DNA of 64,000 bases from Chloroflexota bacterium (GTDB lineage Bacteria > Chloroflexota > UBA11872 > VXOZ01): positions 2,880,001-2,944,000 of the forward strand of contig OZ244922.1 of assembly GCA_965221905.1 (NCBI GenBank), given 5' to 3'. A model generated the notes under the pieces. That model was not told the origin of the DNA, made no database searches, and saw nothing but the letters and a program-made list of their open reading frames with translations. Each line of letters starts with the position of its first letter. The first letter of the stretch is position 1. Below, one piece after another: positions 1-9,987 of the stretch. A program made the translations under genes and the position numbers.

Positions 1-798
1 CTTCTTCACCTGCTCCAAGAGAACCGCAGCCGTGAGCTCACTCATGCGGTAGTTTTCGCCAAAGAACGGCGGGAAACCCGCCCCGTCGCTCTTGCGCCCC
101 GTGCCTTGATCCTGGCAGGCGACGGCGCGCCGGTGGAGCGGGCGGTGATTCGTCACAACCATACCCCCTTCGCCGGCGGAGATCACCTTGTTCATCTGGA
201 AGCTGAAGATGTTTATGACGCCATATCCCCCGACGTACCTTCCATGGTACTTCGCACCGAACGATTGGGCGCAGTCCTCCAGGATTGGCACCCCATTGCG
301 CTCTCCGACAGCAAGCAGCGGATGCAAGTCAGCGGCCACACCGCGCCAGTGCACGACCATGACGGCCCGCGTGCGCTCTGTGATCACGCGTTCCACCGCG
401 TCTGCGTCAATACTCACCGTTTCGTCTAAGTCGGCAAAGATCGGCACCGCCTGGCACGCGACCACGGCGTTGACGCAGCCGTAAAACGTCGCAGCCGGCA
501 CAATCACCTCATCGCCGGGGCCTACTCCCAGCGCGCGGAGCGCGACGATAAGCGCCGCCGTGCCCGATGTTACGCCCACGGCATGCTCCACGCCAACGAG
601 TGAAGCAACCGTCTGTTCAAGCTCGTTCACAGTGTACGCTGGATCGGGACCGTAGTAGCGAAACGGCGAACGGCGCTCCAAGACATCGCAAACCGCTCGT
701 TTCTCTTCTTCACCGATGATGGTTGCGCCCGGATAAGCGCCCGGCAGCGGCGCGGAGCGTACCGGCGTGCCGCCGTCAATCACTAGTTGTTCGCTCAT
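1..798 (-). CDS. DegT/DnrJ/EryC1/StrS family PLP-dependent aminotransferase (3' end beyond window edge)
   Basis: Translated by hand from ATG at 798 (absent from ORF track): MSEQLVIDGGTPVR...TSGTAAL...GVGPGDEVIVPAATF...EDCAQSFGA...FSFQMNKVISAGEGGMVVT...GENYRMSELTAA; open to base 1. Confidence 0.9.
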   Translation of the reverse strand, partial: MSEQLVIDGGTPVRSAPLPGAYPGATIIGEEEKRAVCDVLERRSPFRYYGPDPAYTVNELEQTVASLVGVEHAVGVTSGTAALIVALRALGVGPGDEVIVPAATFYGCVNAVVACQAVPIFADLDETVSIDADAVERVITERTRAVMVVHWRGVAADLHPLLAVGERNGVPILEDCAQSFGAKYHGRYVGGYGVINIFSFQMNKVISAGEGGMVVTNHRPLHRRAVACQDQGTGRKSDGAGFPPFFGENYRMSELTAAVLLEQVKK

Positions 799-813
799 GG
801 CCCTCTCTCTTTC

Positions 814-2316
814 TTACGAGTTCGCCACCCAAATCGGGCTCGACCACGCGACCTGCCCATTTTCTTGGGTTACGCGTAGGTAGTAGTAGTCTTCGGCCTT
901 GTCTGTACCGGGAGAGTCGGTGACTTCAAAAGAGGCGCGGGCCAATTCGTCCGGCACGAGACGATGAATCAGGAAAGAATCGGAGGGAAAGCCGGTGGTC
1001 AAGTCGGTCACGGCGTTCTGCGCAACTTCCTTCAACGTGTACGTTTCAGTTCGTTGCATGGGCTTGGTGAACGCGAGCGTTACCGTCGCCGTCGGCGGGC
1101 CTTCTACGTCCAAGACAACGGCATTCTGCGGGCTATCGTTCAAACAGTCGGCGCGGGAAGTATAAGTCTGCCAGCGACAGCGCGTGGCCGTGGATTCAAG
1201 AATGCGGCTGCGGTTTTCTTCATGGAATGGCCCGGACTGGAAGCAAGGCATGGCTTGATGAATGCGAGCGCCGTCTACCGTTGCGGTGAGGTCCCACTCG
1301 GCTGTGCGGGGCTTGCCGAAAGCAGACCACGGGCCCCAACCTACCTCAATACGGCAACGGTGCCGCTTCGACCACGGATAACCCTCTCGCGGTTCCGCGT
1401 CAGCCGGGAAGTTGCGATGAATGACGCGGCTATTCTTGATAATCTCGACTTTCTCGATCTCGTCCCAGCCGCGCACATTCACGGAAATTTGGCGTTCGGC
1501 AGAGGCGGGAAGACGCGCGCCCATCGGCTGACCGTTAATGCGAAAATCCAATTCGATTTTGTCGCCCGTAGCCGCGTAGCACCGACGACTCCAGAGTGCT
1601 TCCCAAATCGCCTCGCGCGTGAACTCCGGCACTAAGACTGCCACCATGCCCTCGCCATACGCGCCCGGGTGCGCGTGGTGATCGTCGGAAGAACCCGTCA
1701 CCCCAATGTGATGGCCCAAGGAGAGCGCGTGCTGGAGCGTATTGATGGTAACGCGCGGTCCTAGCCCGTGCCGCGTGTATGCAAATGGGCCGCGATCGCG
1801 TTCCGCGCCGCCGTGCTCGGAGATAATTTCCACTATAGGCGACACTGTTTCGTCTAGGTAGTCCCAGTTAGCGCCGCGGAAACCGCGCATGTAGCCGGGA
1901 TGATGCGGCACCAGCAGCGAGCCGCTGCGTCGCGCGTGTTCCTGAATCTCCCGCACGTGGTTGGCGAACTGCAGCGGGCCGTCTTCCTTATAGATTACGC
2001 AGTGGTCGCCAAACGCGGCGGAGTGCCACTCGTAGCCGAGAAATGATTCGAATTGACCTGGATCAGTAGCGTCCTTCATCAACTGCTTGGTCTTCGGCCA
2101 AATCTCCGCATGGCGGTCGAAGCCCTCTTGCCACTGCTCATGCACATTATTGGGCATATCCGGTATGTCGTGCCACTGCGCGTGGCCGGTAAACGCAAAG
2201 AAGTCCAGGTGACTCTGCGCCATGTCGATCGCCCGTTCCAGCGTGCCCTTGGTGTAGTGGAATAGGCCCACGGTGTTGTGGTTGTGAATGTCGCCCCAAA
2301 GGATTTTATAATCCAT
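814..2316 (-). CDS. DUF3604 / CehA-McbA-like PHP-fold metallohydrolase
   Basis: WGDIHNH, AFTGH, VPHHP, GSSDDHH, RRCYAATG and C-terminal YYYLRVTQENGQVAWSSPIWV. Confidence 0.75.
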   Translation of the reverse strand: MDYKILWGDIHNHNTVGLFHYTKGTLERAIDMAQSHLDFFAFTGHAQWHDIPDMPNNVHEQWQEGFDRHAEIWPKTKQLMKDATDPGQFESFLGYEWHSAAFGDHCVIYKEDGPLQFANHVREIQEHARRSGSLLVPHHPGYMRGFRGANWDYLDETVSPIVEIISEHGGAERDRGPFAYTRHGLGPRVTINTLQHALSLGHHIGVTGSSDDHHAHPGAYGEGMVAVLVPEFTREAIWEALWSRRCYAATGDKIELDFRINGQPMGARLPASAERQISVNVRGWDEIEKVEIIKNSRVIHRNFPADAEPREGYPWSKRHRCRIEVGWGPWSAFGKPRTAEWDLTATVDGARIHQAMPCFQSGPFHEENRSRILESTATRCRWQTYTSRADCLNDSPQNAVVLDVEGPPTATVTLAFTKPMQRTETYTLKEVAQNAVTDLTTGFPSDSFLIHRLVPDELARASFEVTDSPGTDKAEDYYYLRVTQENGQVAWSSPIWVANS

Positions 2317-2327
2317 AGCTGCGCTCG

Positions 2328-2825
2328 CTAACCTTCCTCTTTGACTCTCTTCATGTAGAGAACACTGCGGTACAGTGGTTTGAAGCCTTGCCGCTCGTAC
2401 ATGCGACGGGCGGGCTCATAGAGGTCATCCAGCCCGGTCGACACCTGGGCGAATTCCATGCCCGCTGCCTCGATGAGTTCAAGCACACGCGCGTGCAGCA
2501 GACCACCGATGCCGCGGCCCCGATACTCCAGCAGCACAGCGTTGTTGCCCACGGTCCCAATACTCGTCACTTCATTCAAGTGAAAGGTGGCAAAGCCCAC
2601 CGGCCTGCCATCTACCTCGGCAATGACCACTAGACTTATGTCTATCTGGCGCATGTCATCGGCTTTCCACTCGTCCCACGTACGACCGCCAATGACTCCG
2701 TACCGTTGCTCGCGCCAGCGATGGACGGTGACGTCCTCAAATCCGCGTATGATGAGTTCAATCAGAGTCTCGCGGTCCGCTTCTACCGCGCGCCGGATCT
2801 GTACCTCAGTTGCCTTCGTCGTCAT
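2328..2825 (-). CDS. GNAT family N-acetyltransferase
   Basis: Acetyl-CoA motif A (VLLEYRGRGIG) and ARRMYERQGF. Confidence 0.88.
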   Translation of the reverse strand: MTTKATEVQIRRAVEADRETLIELIIRGFEDVTVHRWREQRYGVIGGRTWDEWKADDMRQIDISLVVIAEVDGRPVGFATFHLNEVTSIGTVGNNAVLLEYRGRGIGGLLHARVLELIEAAGMEFAQVSTGLDDLYEPARRMYERQGFKPLYRSVLYMKRVKEEG

Positions 2826-3307
2826 ACGGCACTCTGCGCAAGCTTTTTGAAGTAGTGAATGCTGTGGTTGAGCGGCTCGAATCCTTGCCGCTCGTACAAG
2901 CGGCGGGCGGACGCATACGGCTCTTCCAATCCGGTCGACACCTGGGCGAACTCCATGCCCGCTGCCTCGATGATTTCAAGTACTCGTGCGAGCATTTGCC
3001 CCCCAATGCCGCGACCGCGATACGCCGGAAGCACAGCATTGTCATCAACCGTCCCAATACGAGTCGCGTCGTTCAGTTCATAGCTCGAAAAGCCCACGGC
3101 CTCGTCATCAATTTCGGCGACAATGACCCTCTTTATGTCAATTGTCTGCCTGAGATCAGCTTCCCACTCGTCCCAAGTGCGTTCGAGAATATCACCAAAC
3201 TGCTGCGCGCGCACGTCCTCATACGCGAGTACGAAGAGCTCGATGAGGATCTCTCGATCGGCCTCGACTGCCTGGCGGATCTTCACTGCGGTGTGCTGTC
3301 TATTCAC
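2822..3307 (-). CDS. GNAT family N-acetyltransferase (paralog of 2328-2825)
   Basis: VLPAYRGRGIG, ARRLYERQGF; ATGA overlap with downstream paralog. Confidence 0.88.
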   Translation of the reverse strand: MNRQHTAVKIRQAVEADREILIELFVLAYEDVRAQQFGDILERTWDEWEADLRQTIDIKRVIVAEIDDEAVGFSSYELNDATRIGTVDDNAVLPAYRGRGIGGQMLARVLEIIEAAGMEFAQVSTGLEEPYASARRLYERQGFEPLNHSIHYFKKLAQSAV

Positions 3308-3547
3308 ATTGTTCCCTATCTTACCACGCGCCTAAGCCATGCGCCGCTGCAACTGTATGTCTAGAGAAGGCAGTCCTCTGACCTCTAAGTGTCTCGAACG
3401 CACTCCGTTCGCACTCGCTTGGACTGTCTTACGCTACAGCCAAGACTCTCCACATACAGCTCCCACATGTGACAAGCAATAGTAGATTCCCAGTTGGAGC
3501 ATGATGCGCGTACCGAGATTGTTGAATGGCCCCCGCACGCACCCGTT

Positions 3548-5563
3548 TTAGTGCTGCGGTAGCGAGACCCAGACCGGGCTCGACCAGGCGACGTGGCCGT
3601 CGGTCTGAGTGACGCGCAGGTAGAAATAGGATGTCTGCTGTTTCGGGAGTGTGATCGTCTCGGCAATGTCAGCGACGCGGTCCGTGGCGGACTGACTCAA
3701 GACGGCACTACCGTTGCAGACCAATTCCAGACGCGCAAGCGGGGCGGTGCCAAGGACGCGCGCCGTCACCGCAACGTCCGGCGCGGCTGTGGTGAACTCC
3801 TCACCCATGCCGTGGCCGTTGACCCGGAAGTCAAGCACCATGCGCGCGCCGGTGGTCGCGTAGCAGCGGCGTTCCCTCAGGGCTTGGATGATCGCTTCGC
3901 GGGTAAGTTCCGGCGCAATCACGGCGGTCAGGCCGCCGGTCATGTGGTCGTGGAAGTCAACGCCGGCCATAGAACAGGTGTTTCTGCCGGGCTGGGCGTG
4001 ATGGCTGTCGGTGCCGCCCACGAAGCCGATGCGGTGGCCGAGCGCCAGGGCATCCTGGGCCGAAGCGCCGCCACCGCCAATTACGGTAGCGCCGCCAGGT
4101 ACGTCGGTCTCGAATGCGCCCCGATTTTGCGCTATTTCCAATACCCTTTGATACTCCGAATTGTGTCGGCTCCAGTCCTGCACCTGCCAATTCTGCCAGC
4201 CACCCTCAGACGTTACGTTGATGTGATGCGGCACCACCACCGCGCCCGTGCCTTCCAGTGCCGGCCATATCTCTTCGATCTTGCTCGTCGTGATGCGCTT
4301 TCCCTCGTCGGGGTAGAGCACAACGCGGTGTCCGGCGGTGGGATCGCTCAGTTCGACAGCCACCAGCGGCACGAACTGTCCGGCTTCATGGAACTGCGCA
4401 ATGATTGCTTGATACTCATCCCAATCGTCCGCGCGCGGCACGGACCACAGAGATTCAATGTTCTGCGGGGGCGGAAACCAGGACACGCCCACGCAGTCGA
4501 GACCGGAGACATCGCGCGCATAGCGAAAAGCATCAGCAAACGTGCCGACACCGTGCGCCATGAAAGGCCCATGAGGGCCGTGGCTTGGATCAAGCGCCCG
4601 GGGCGCATGGGTGTGCAGGTCGCCAAAGAAGATGCGGTCGCTGCTTGCCTCCACAACGTCAATCGGGTTGCTAACGCCGGATAAGCCGGCTTCCCACGCC
4701 GCAGCCGTAACCGTGACCGGACCTACCGCATTCCTGGCAACGATGAATGGCCCAATCCGCGCCGTGCCGCCTTCACTCGCCGCGATGGCGAAAGGTGCAG
4801 GTCCGCTGATGCCGCCCGGCTTCGCACCGAGAGCGACTTCGCCTCTAAAGTCCGTGCAGACATTGCCAAACGCATCCTCCACCCGCACCAGCACGGAAAA
4901 ACCCTCACCGGCAGCCACCGTGGCAGGGGCAACCACGCCCAGGCGGGCGGGCGGCCCAGCTACCACATCCACAATCGGCAATTCCGGCAACAACCGATAG
5001 CCTTTCGGATCGCCGCCGGGATAGCGCGGATTGCTGTAGCTCGCATTGCCCTGCACGTCGACCAGCACTTGAAAATACATCTCATGCATCGCGACTTCCT
5101 GGGCACGCGCGCGTTCGTAGAGACCGGCTATGTACGAGCCGGCATCACCGATAGTTACAGAAATCTCTTCGCCCGGTTGCAGCGCGACGCCCTCTACGGT
5201 CACAAACACACAGGGGAATTGGGCATGGTGGTATTTGAGCGGGTAGTCGTTGCGCACCTGCACGGAGACGCCGCAGCTACCGCTCGTCGTGGCAATTACG
5301 TGGCCGAGCCGCCACCGCACGCTATGCACACAGGGCGGAACCACGGCAATACCGCCGCCGGGAACGATTCCGGCACTCCCCGCCGTATAGGTAAGCGTCC
5401 ACGTGCCAAATGCACCCGCAACGACCGGGCCCGCCGGATCAAGCGTGCAAGAGCCAAGTTCGGCTCGCATTGCTGCGTCTGTCGCCTCTGCAGTGACCTG
5501 CACGCCATGGGTAACACCCTGTTCTACCGGCGTTGGTGGTGCTGTTTTCTTGCTCTCGCTCAC
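3548..5563 (-). CDS. DUF3604 / CehA-McbA-like PHP-fold metallohydrolase with long N-terminal extension
   Basis: FFGDLHTH, VVPHH, GFVGGTDSHH, RRCYATTG, YFYLRVTQTDGHVAWSSPVWV. Confidence 0.75.
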   Translation of the reverse strand: MSESKKTAPPTPVEQGVTHGVQVTAEATDAAMRAELGSCTLDPAGPVVAGAFGTWTLTYTAGSAGIVPGGGIAVVPPCVHSVRWRLGHVIATTSGSCGVSVQVRNDYPLKYHHAQFPCVFVTVEGVALQPGEEISVTIGDAGSYIAGLYERARAQEVAMHEMYFQVLVDVQGNASYSNPRYPGGDPKGYRLLPELPIVDVVAGPPARLGVVAPATVAAGEGFSVLVRVEDAFGNVCTDFRGEVALGAKPGGISGPAPFAIAASEGGTARIGPFIVARNAVGPVTVTAAAWEAGLSGVSNPIDVVEASSDRIFFGDLHTHAPRALDPSHGPHGPFMAHGVGTFADAFRYARDVSGLDCVGVSWFPPPQNIESLWSVPRADDWDEYQAIIAQFHEAGQFVPLVAVELSDPTAGHRVVLYPDEGKRITTSKIEEIWPALEGTGAVVVPHHINVTSEGGWQNWQVQDWSRHNSEYQRVLEIAQNRGAFETDVPGGATVIGGGGASAQDALALGHRIGFVGGTDSHHAQPGRNTCSMAGVDFHDHMTGGLTAVIAPELTREAIIQALRERRCYATTGARMVLDFRVNGHGMGEEFTTAAPDVAVTARVLGTAPLARLELVCNGSAVLSQSATDRVADIAETITLPKQQTSYFYLRVTQTDGHVAWSSPVWVSLPQH

Positions 5564-5754
5564 TAGTGCGCTCCTCTGTAAGGAATGTAGCGCGATGAAC
5601 TATCCGCTTTCCAATGCGCGGGGGCTTTTCCCTTGCCCTCTTGGACAGGGAACATTCACGAACGCCGCTGCGGGGGAATTTGCCACCTTTTCGCTTTGAA
5701 CACCCGACCTTGTAACACTAGGAAGTCTGTAGCCACTAGCTTTCGGCGACAAAT

Positions 5755-5784
5755 GGTGGGCGCAGGTTTGAAACCTGCGCTACC
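5755..5784. repeat. REP-like palindrome (GTAG-type family)
   Basis: GGTGGGCGCAGGTTTGAAACCTGCGCTACC; related copies at 24448 and 46245. Confidence 0.7.
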
Positions 5785-5833
5785 GAACTGTCTCTCTCAC
5801 CGTCTGTGCAATGGGGCGGGTTGTCAGTCACTG

Positions 5834-6604
5834 TCAAGCGCCAAACAGACGCGCCGCATTCTCTTTGAATAATTTTTGCTTGTACGCGTCCGGTATCTGC
5901 GTCTCGGTCTTGATGCTGAGCAACGCTGATTCATGGTAGTGCAGCGGAGAGTTGGAGCCAAACAGCACGTGGTCCGGCCCGATGGTCTTGCAGAGCTTTG
6001 CAACGTCGTGGATTGGCCCCTGCACGCGGCTGTTTTCTACGTACAGGTTATCGCGCTTATCCACGCCCTGCCAGATGCTCGTCACCTCCCGAAACCGTCC
6101 ACCCGTAACAAGAAAGCGCACCTGCGGGAAAGCGTTTACCGTCTGCGCAATATCGCCAGCCGCAACATCCGGGACTATCACTAGACGGTGGTGATGCCGC
6201 ACGTCTTCCAGGCCGATGGCAATGAGGATGAGCAGATCATGCTCCTGCGCCAACTCCAGCAAGCGCAAGTTCTCCTGCCCTAGCAACTCATACTGGTGGT
6301 AATTGGGATGCAGGCGCAGATTCTGTACGCCAAGTTCTTCTAAACAGATTTCCAAGTCTTCGTCCCAGCCCGGATACGCCGGATTGACGGTATACGCCGG
6401 AAAGAAGCGGTCCGGATGTGTTTGCACGATCTTGTGCAATTCGCGGTTGCCGACGAGCAGGTCTTTGAAGAAGACATTCTCCAGACGTGAAACCACGGCC
6501 TTTTCTATGCCGAGGGCATCCATCTTACGCAGCAGGGTATCAGGCTGAGAGCAGGGCAAGCGGCGAAACGGCCACTCGCCGACATAGGCATTACTATCGA
6601 TCAT
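5834..6604 (-). CDS. Amidohydrolase family (Amidohydro_2) protein
   Basis: MIDSNAY, LRLHPNYH, VLFGSNSP; start set at ATG 6604 after GGAG RBS. Confidence 0.82.
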   Translation of the reverse strand: MIDSNAYVGEWPFRRLPCSQPDTLLRKMDALGIEKAVVSRLENVFFKDLLVGNRELHKIVQTHPDRFFPAYTVNPAYPGWDEDLEICLEELGVQNLRLHPNYHQYELLGQENLRLLELAQEHDLLILIAIGLEDVRHHHRLVIVPDVAAGDIAQTVNAFPQVRFLVTGGRFREVTSIWQGVDKRDNLYVENSRVQGPIHDVAKLCKTIGPDHVLFGSNSPLHYHESALLSIKTETQIPDAYKQKLFKENAARLFGA

Positions 6605-6621
6605 GAACTCCTGCCCTTCTT

Positions 6622-7407
6622 TCAAGCCTGGTGCTGGGTAGTCTTGCACGCCGCCAGCACGCGCGCCATGTTTCTGTAGAGAATCTTCTCTTTGTCTTCA
6701 TTCTGCAGGTCCGTGCCGAGCACTTTCGCAAGCTGTGAGGGGAACGAGCGGCCCGGCATGTCGGTGCCGAAGATTACGCGGTCCGCCCCAACATGGTCAA
6801 CGAGTATGTGCACGCCAGCCGCATTGCATTCGTTACCGGCGATATCGAGAAGGACGTTCGGGCAACTGCGGAAGACCTTAGCGCCGTATTCGTAGTCACC
6901 GCCCGCATGTGCCGCAATGATGGTGGCGTTCGGATGACGGCGCGCCATATCCGCCACTATCTCCGGCGACGATTCCCCGTAGCCTAGTCCATCTGCCTTC
7001 AGCCACGTGTGCTGCAAGGCCGGCACGCGGTAGTGCGCACAAATCTCCAGCAAGCGATCCACGCGTGGATCGGAGCACGGCAGCGCGTGCCACAGCTTGA
7101 GACCGACAAACTGCTGCTCCACCAAGCATCTCTCTAGCTCCGCCACCGCGGCGTCAGCATGGTAGGGATTCACGTAGCAGAAACCGCGCACGCGCTCCGG
7201 ATAGCGCTGCATGAGCGCATATGTTTCGTCATTGGAGCGCCGGCAGAACTCCGGCGTCGGAAACGCGTAGCGAGAAGCGTCAGCCACCGGCCGGATGGCG
7301 TACGTTACAAGCACCGCGTCGAATTGCTCCGCAATCTCGATCTGTTCCGCGAAGTCGTCCAACGATTTCCCTACGTCGGTATGGACGTGAACGTCAATAA
7401 TCGCCAC
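6622..7407 (-). CDS. Amidohydrolase family (Amidohydro_2) protein
   Basis: IIDVHVH, GLKLW, LQHTW, IAAHAGG, RVIFGTDMP; GTG start after GAAAGG. Confidence 0.87.
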   Translation of the reverse strand: MAIIDVHVHTDVGKSLDDFAEQIEIAEQFDAVLVTYAIRPVADASRYAFPTPEFCRRSNDETYALMQRYPERVRGFCYVNPYHADAAVAELERCLVEQQFVGLKLWHALPCSDPRVDRLLEICAHYRVPALQHTWLKADGLGYGESSPEIVADMARRHPNATIIAAHAGGDYEYGAKVFRSCPNVLLDIAGNECNAAGVHILVDHVGADRVIFGTDMPGRSFPSQLAKVLGTDLQNEDKEKILYRNMARVLAACKTTQHQA

Positions 7408-7445
7408 CAAATCGCCTTTCAAGTCTCAAGTGGGATAGTTCGCGA

Positions 7446-7520
7446 TGTCATTCCGAGCGCAGCGAGGAATATAGGGCCTCAGTTTGCCATCCCTCGCCAG
7501 TTCTCTGCGCAAAATGACGG
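7446..7520. repeat. GTCATTCCGAGC-type palindromic repeat
   Basis: TGTCATTCCGAGCGCAGCGAGGAAT...AAAATGACG; same arm at 27642 and, inverted, at 49409. Confidence 0.6.
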
Positions 7521-7564
7521 CACAACGGACCTGAATTCAATAGGAGCGCATTGCGCCCAAGATT

Positions 7565-8374
7565 TCAACACTGCGCAGCAAAGACAGAGGGATTCTCTAT
7601 AGTCTTGGTTTCCGCAAGCACACGCGCCATGTTCTTGTATAGAATCTTGTCTTTATCGTCTGCACTCAAGTCCGCGCCCAGCACCTTTGCCAGTTGCGAT
7701 GGAAAGGAACGGCCCGGCATATCGGTACCGAAGATTACGCGGTCCGCCCCCACGTGATCCACGAGTATTCCCACGTATCCGGCGTTGCACTCGTTGCCGC
7801 CAATGTCGAGCAACACGTTGTCGCACGAACGAAAGATCTTCGCGCCGTATTCGTAGTCCCCGCCGGCGTGGGCGGCGATGATCGTGGTGCGCGGATGGCG
7901 TTTTGCCAGCGCGGCGACCATCTCGGGCGGCGATTCGCTGGTCTTCTGTCCGTTAGCCTTGATCCACGTATGCTGAAGTGCGGGCACGCGGTAGTGGGCG
8001 CAAATCTCCATGAGCGCATCGAGCCGTGCATCAACGCACGGCACCGCAACCCAGAGCTTGAGGCCGACGAAGTGCTGCTGCCCCAAACGAAAATCAAGTT
8101 CGTCACACGCCTCCCGCGCATGGCCGGGGTTCACGTAGGCGAATCCCTGCACACGCTCAGGGTAGCGCTCCATTAACACGTGAGTCTGATCGTTGCAGGC
8201 GCGGATGTTCTCCGGTGTAGGGTATTCGTGGTTGTTCCCGACCTCTACCGGCCGCACTGAATAGGTGACAAGGTGGGCATCAAACTGCTCAGCAATAGCG
8301 ATCAACTCAGCGAAGTCATCTAATTTGCGTGAAACGTGTGGGTGCACGTGTACGTCTATAATCACCGCATTCAC
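7565..8374 (-). CDS. Amidohydrolase family (Amidohydro_2) protein (close paralog of 6622-7407)
   Basis: IIDVHVH, GLKLW, AAHAGGDYEYGAK, RVIFGTDMPGRSFPSQLAKVLG shared with neighbour. Confidence 0.87.
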   Translation of the reverse strand: MNAVIIDVHVHPHVSRKLDDFAELIAIAEQFDAHLVTYSVRPVEVGNNHEYPTPENIRACNDQTHVLMERYPERVQGFAYVNPGHAREACDELDFRLGQQHFVGLKLWVAVPCVDARLDALMEICAHYRVPALQHTWIKANGQKTSESPPEMVAALAKRHPRTTIIAAHAGGDYEYGAKIFRSCDNVLLDIGGNECNAGYVGILVDHVGADRVIFGTDMPGRSFPSQLAKVLGADLSADDKDKILYKNMARVLAETKTIENPSVFAAQC

Positions 8375-8514
8375 GCTCTTCCTTAGTCACACCGGGTTGA
8401 ACTGCGAAGTCTCAAATTGCAATAGGAAACCAATCGCCAGCACTAAGCCCACTAGTTGCTACACCGCGCATCCGCTGGCAACTGCATAAACTTCATGACT
8501 CCATGCGTAGAACA

Positions 8515-8548
8515 CGCTGGCTTAGCAGCTAATGCCGCTAAGCCAGCG
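8515..8548 (-). terminator. Stem-loop downstream of solute-binding protein gene
   Basis: CGCTGGCTTAGC...GCTAAGCCAGCG 12 bp stem just past the stop; weak U-tract, so may instead stabilise the mRNA. Confidence 0.5.
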
Positions 8549-8559
8549 CAGCACGTCTT

Positions 8560-9987
8560 CTACCAACCGCCCACAAGCTCCTGCCACTTCTCGATGATAA
8601 TGTTCCACTCCTGTTCGACGTTTGCGAGGCCTTCCTGAATCGTGATGTTCCCCGCCATGACGTCGGGCAGGAATCTACTCAACGACGTCCGCATCTCGTC
8701 AGCGCCGGGAATCGGCAGCGAATGCGACGCTCGGAACGGGATCTGATAGCTCTGGTGTTCGAGGAACGGATCACCCTCGGTGAAATCGGGCGAATTGGCG
8801 ACGGAAAATCGAATAGGCACGCGGTCCCAGGCCTTTGCCCAGCGAATGTTATTCTCCGGGCGTGACACGAACTCAATCCAAGCAAACGCCTCTTCGGGCA
8901 CCGTCGTCCACGACGCCATGATCCAGATGTGATGACCGCTCCAACTCGCTTGCCGCACGGCGTTGGGCGGCTTCGGGTGCTCGATGATACTAAACCCGAA
9001 GTCCGGATCAATTGGATAGATTTCCGCCTTGCGCGTGGAGTACGTTGCATACATTGAGGCGGTAAAGCCGTTGACAAGCGCAGCCCCACGCGGAGATCCA
9101 GAGGGACGAGCCGTCTTGTGCAGTGTAGCCAGCGCATCCCAGCCGCCCTGCACATCGTTTAGCTTTTTGACCCACGTCAGGGCTTCAACGGCTTCGGGGC
9201 TATTGATGGCCGCTTTGGTTAGGTCGTCACTGACCCGCTGGCCGCCGAGCTGTAAGAACGGCGTAATCCATTGGAACCGTCCGCCGCTGCCCCATTCGGG
9301 CGGGAAGCCCGCTACCACTACATTGCCAGCAGAATCTTTCCGCAGGGTTTTCTGAATGACCGATTCAAGCTCATCCCACGTTGCAGGACCGTTTTCCGGG
9401 TCCAATCCATTTTCCAGAAAGATGCTATTGTGCATATAGATAACGCGCAGATCCGGGCCGTAAGGAAAGCCATAGAGCTGACCGTCTTTGCTCCAGACCA
9501 TGTTCTCGGTCAGGCTTTCCCAAATGTCCTCCATATCGATGTTGGAGCTCTTGACGAGGTCATTCAAACCGCGCGCCTGGCCGAGGGCGCCGTGCTCAAT
9601 AGCGTGCCACTCGCCCCAGGAACTAATGTCGTGAGGGGTGTTGGCAGCGAACGCCGTTCTGAATGCGGCATAGCGTTCGCCTGAATTACTGGATGGCGGA
9701 TTGACATCAAAGTCGATATCGGGATGCTCTGCGCGAAACTCCGCCACAAGCTCCGCAGATACACCCTCTTCATCCTGGAACTTGAAGTACGGATGCGTTG
9801 CAAACAGCACGTATACGGACTCTTTTTCGGGGGCGGCAGCCTCTGCTTGCGGTGCTTCAGCTTGCTCTTCTGTAGCCGCGGTCTGAACAGGCACGGCACC
9901 GCAAGCCGCAAGTGCGAGGACACCTAGTGCGCCTCCTGAACCTACCAGAACGTTGCGGCGTGAAATTCGCTTTGCGTCCAAATCCAT
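8560..9987 (-). CDS. Extracellular solute-binding lipoprotein (sugar-type ABC, family 1), Tat signal
   Basis: SRRNVL twin-arginine plus LAAC lipobox; DGQLYGFPY, PATWDEL, INSPEAVEAL. Confidence 0.85.
   Translation of the reverse strand: MDLDAKRISRRNVLVGSGGALGVLALAACGAVPVQTAATEEQAEAPQAEAAAPEKESVYVLFATHPYFKFQDEEGVSAELVAEFRAEHPDIDFDVNPPSSNSGERYAAFRTAFAANTPHDISSWGEWHAIEHGALGQARGLNDLVKSSNIDMEDIWESLTENMVWSKDGQLYGFPYGPDLRVIYMHNSIFLENGLDPENGPATWDELESVIQKTLRKDSAGNVVVAGFPPEWGSGGRFQWITPFLQLGGQRVSDDLTKAAINSPEAVEALTWVKKLNDVQGGWDALATLHKTARPSGSPRGAALVNGFTASMYATYSTRKAEIYPIDPDFGFSIIEHPKPPNAVRQASWSGHHIWIMASWTTVPEEAFAWIEFVSRPENNIRWAKAWDRVPIRFSVANSPDFTEGDPFLEHQSYQIPFRASHSLPIPGADEMRTSLSRFLPDVMAGNITIQEGLANVEQEWNIIIEKWQELVGGW

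Noticed and set aside
3593-4684. 363 aa plus-strand ORF
   Set aside because: Antisense shadow of the DUF3604 gene, with no motif; typical of high-GC coding DNA
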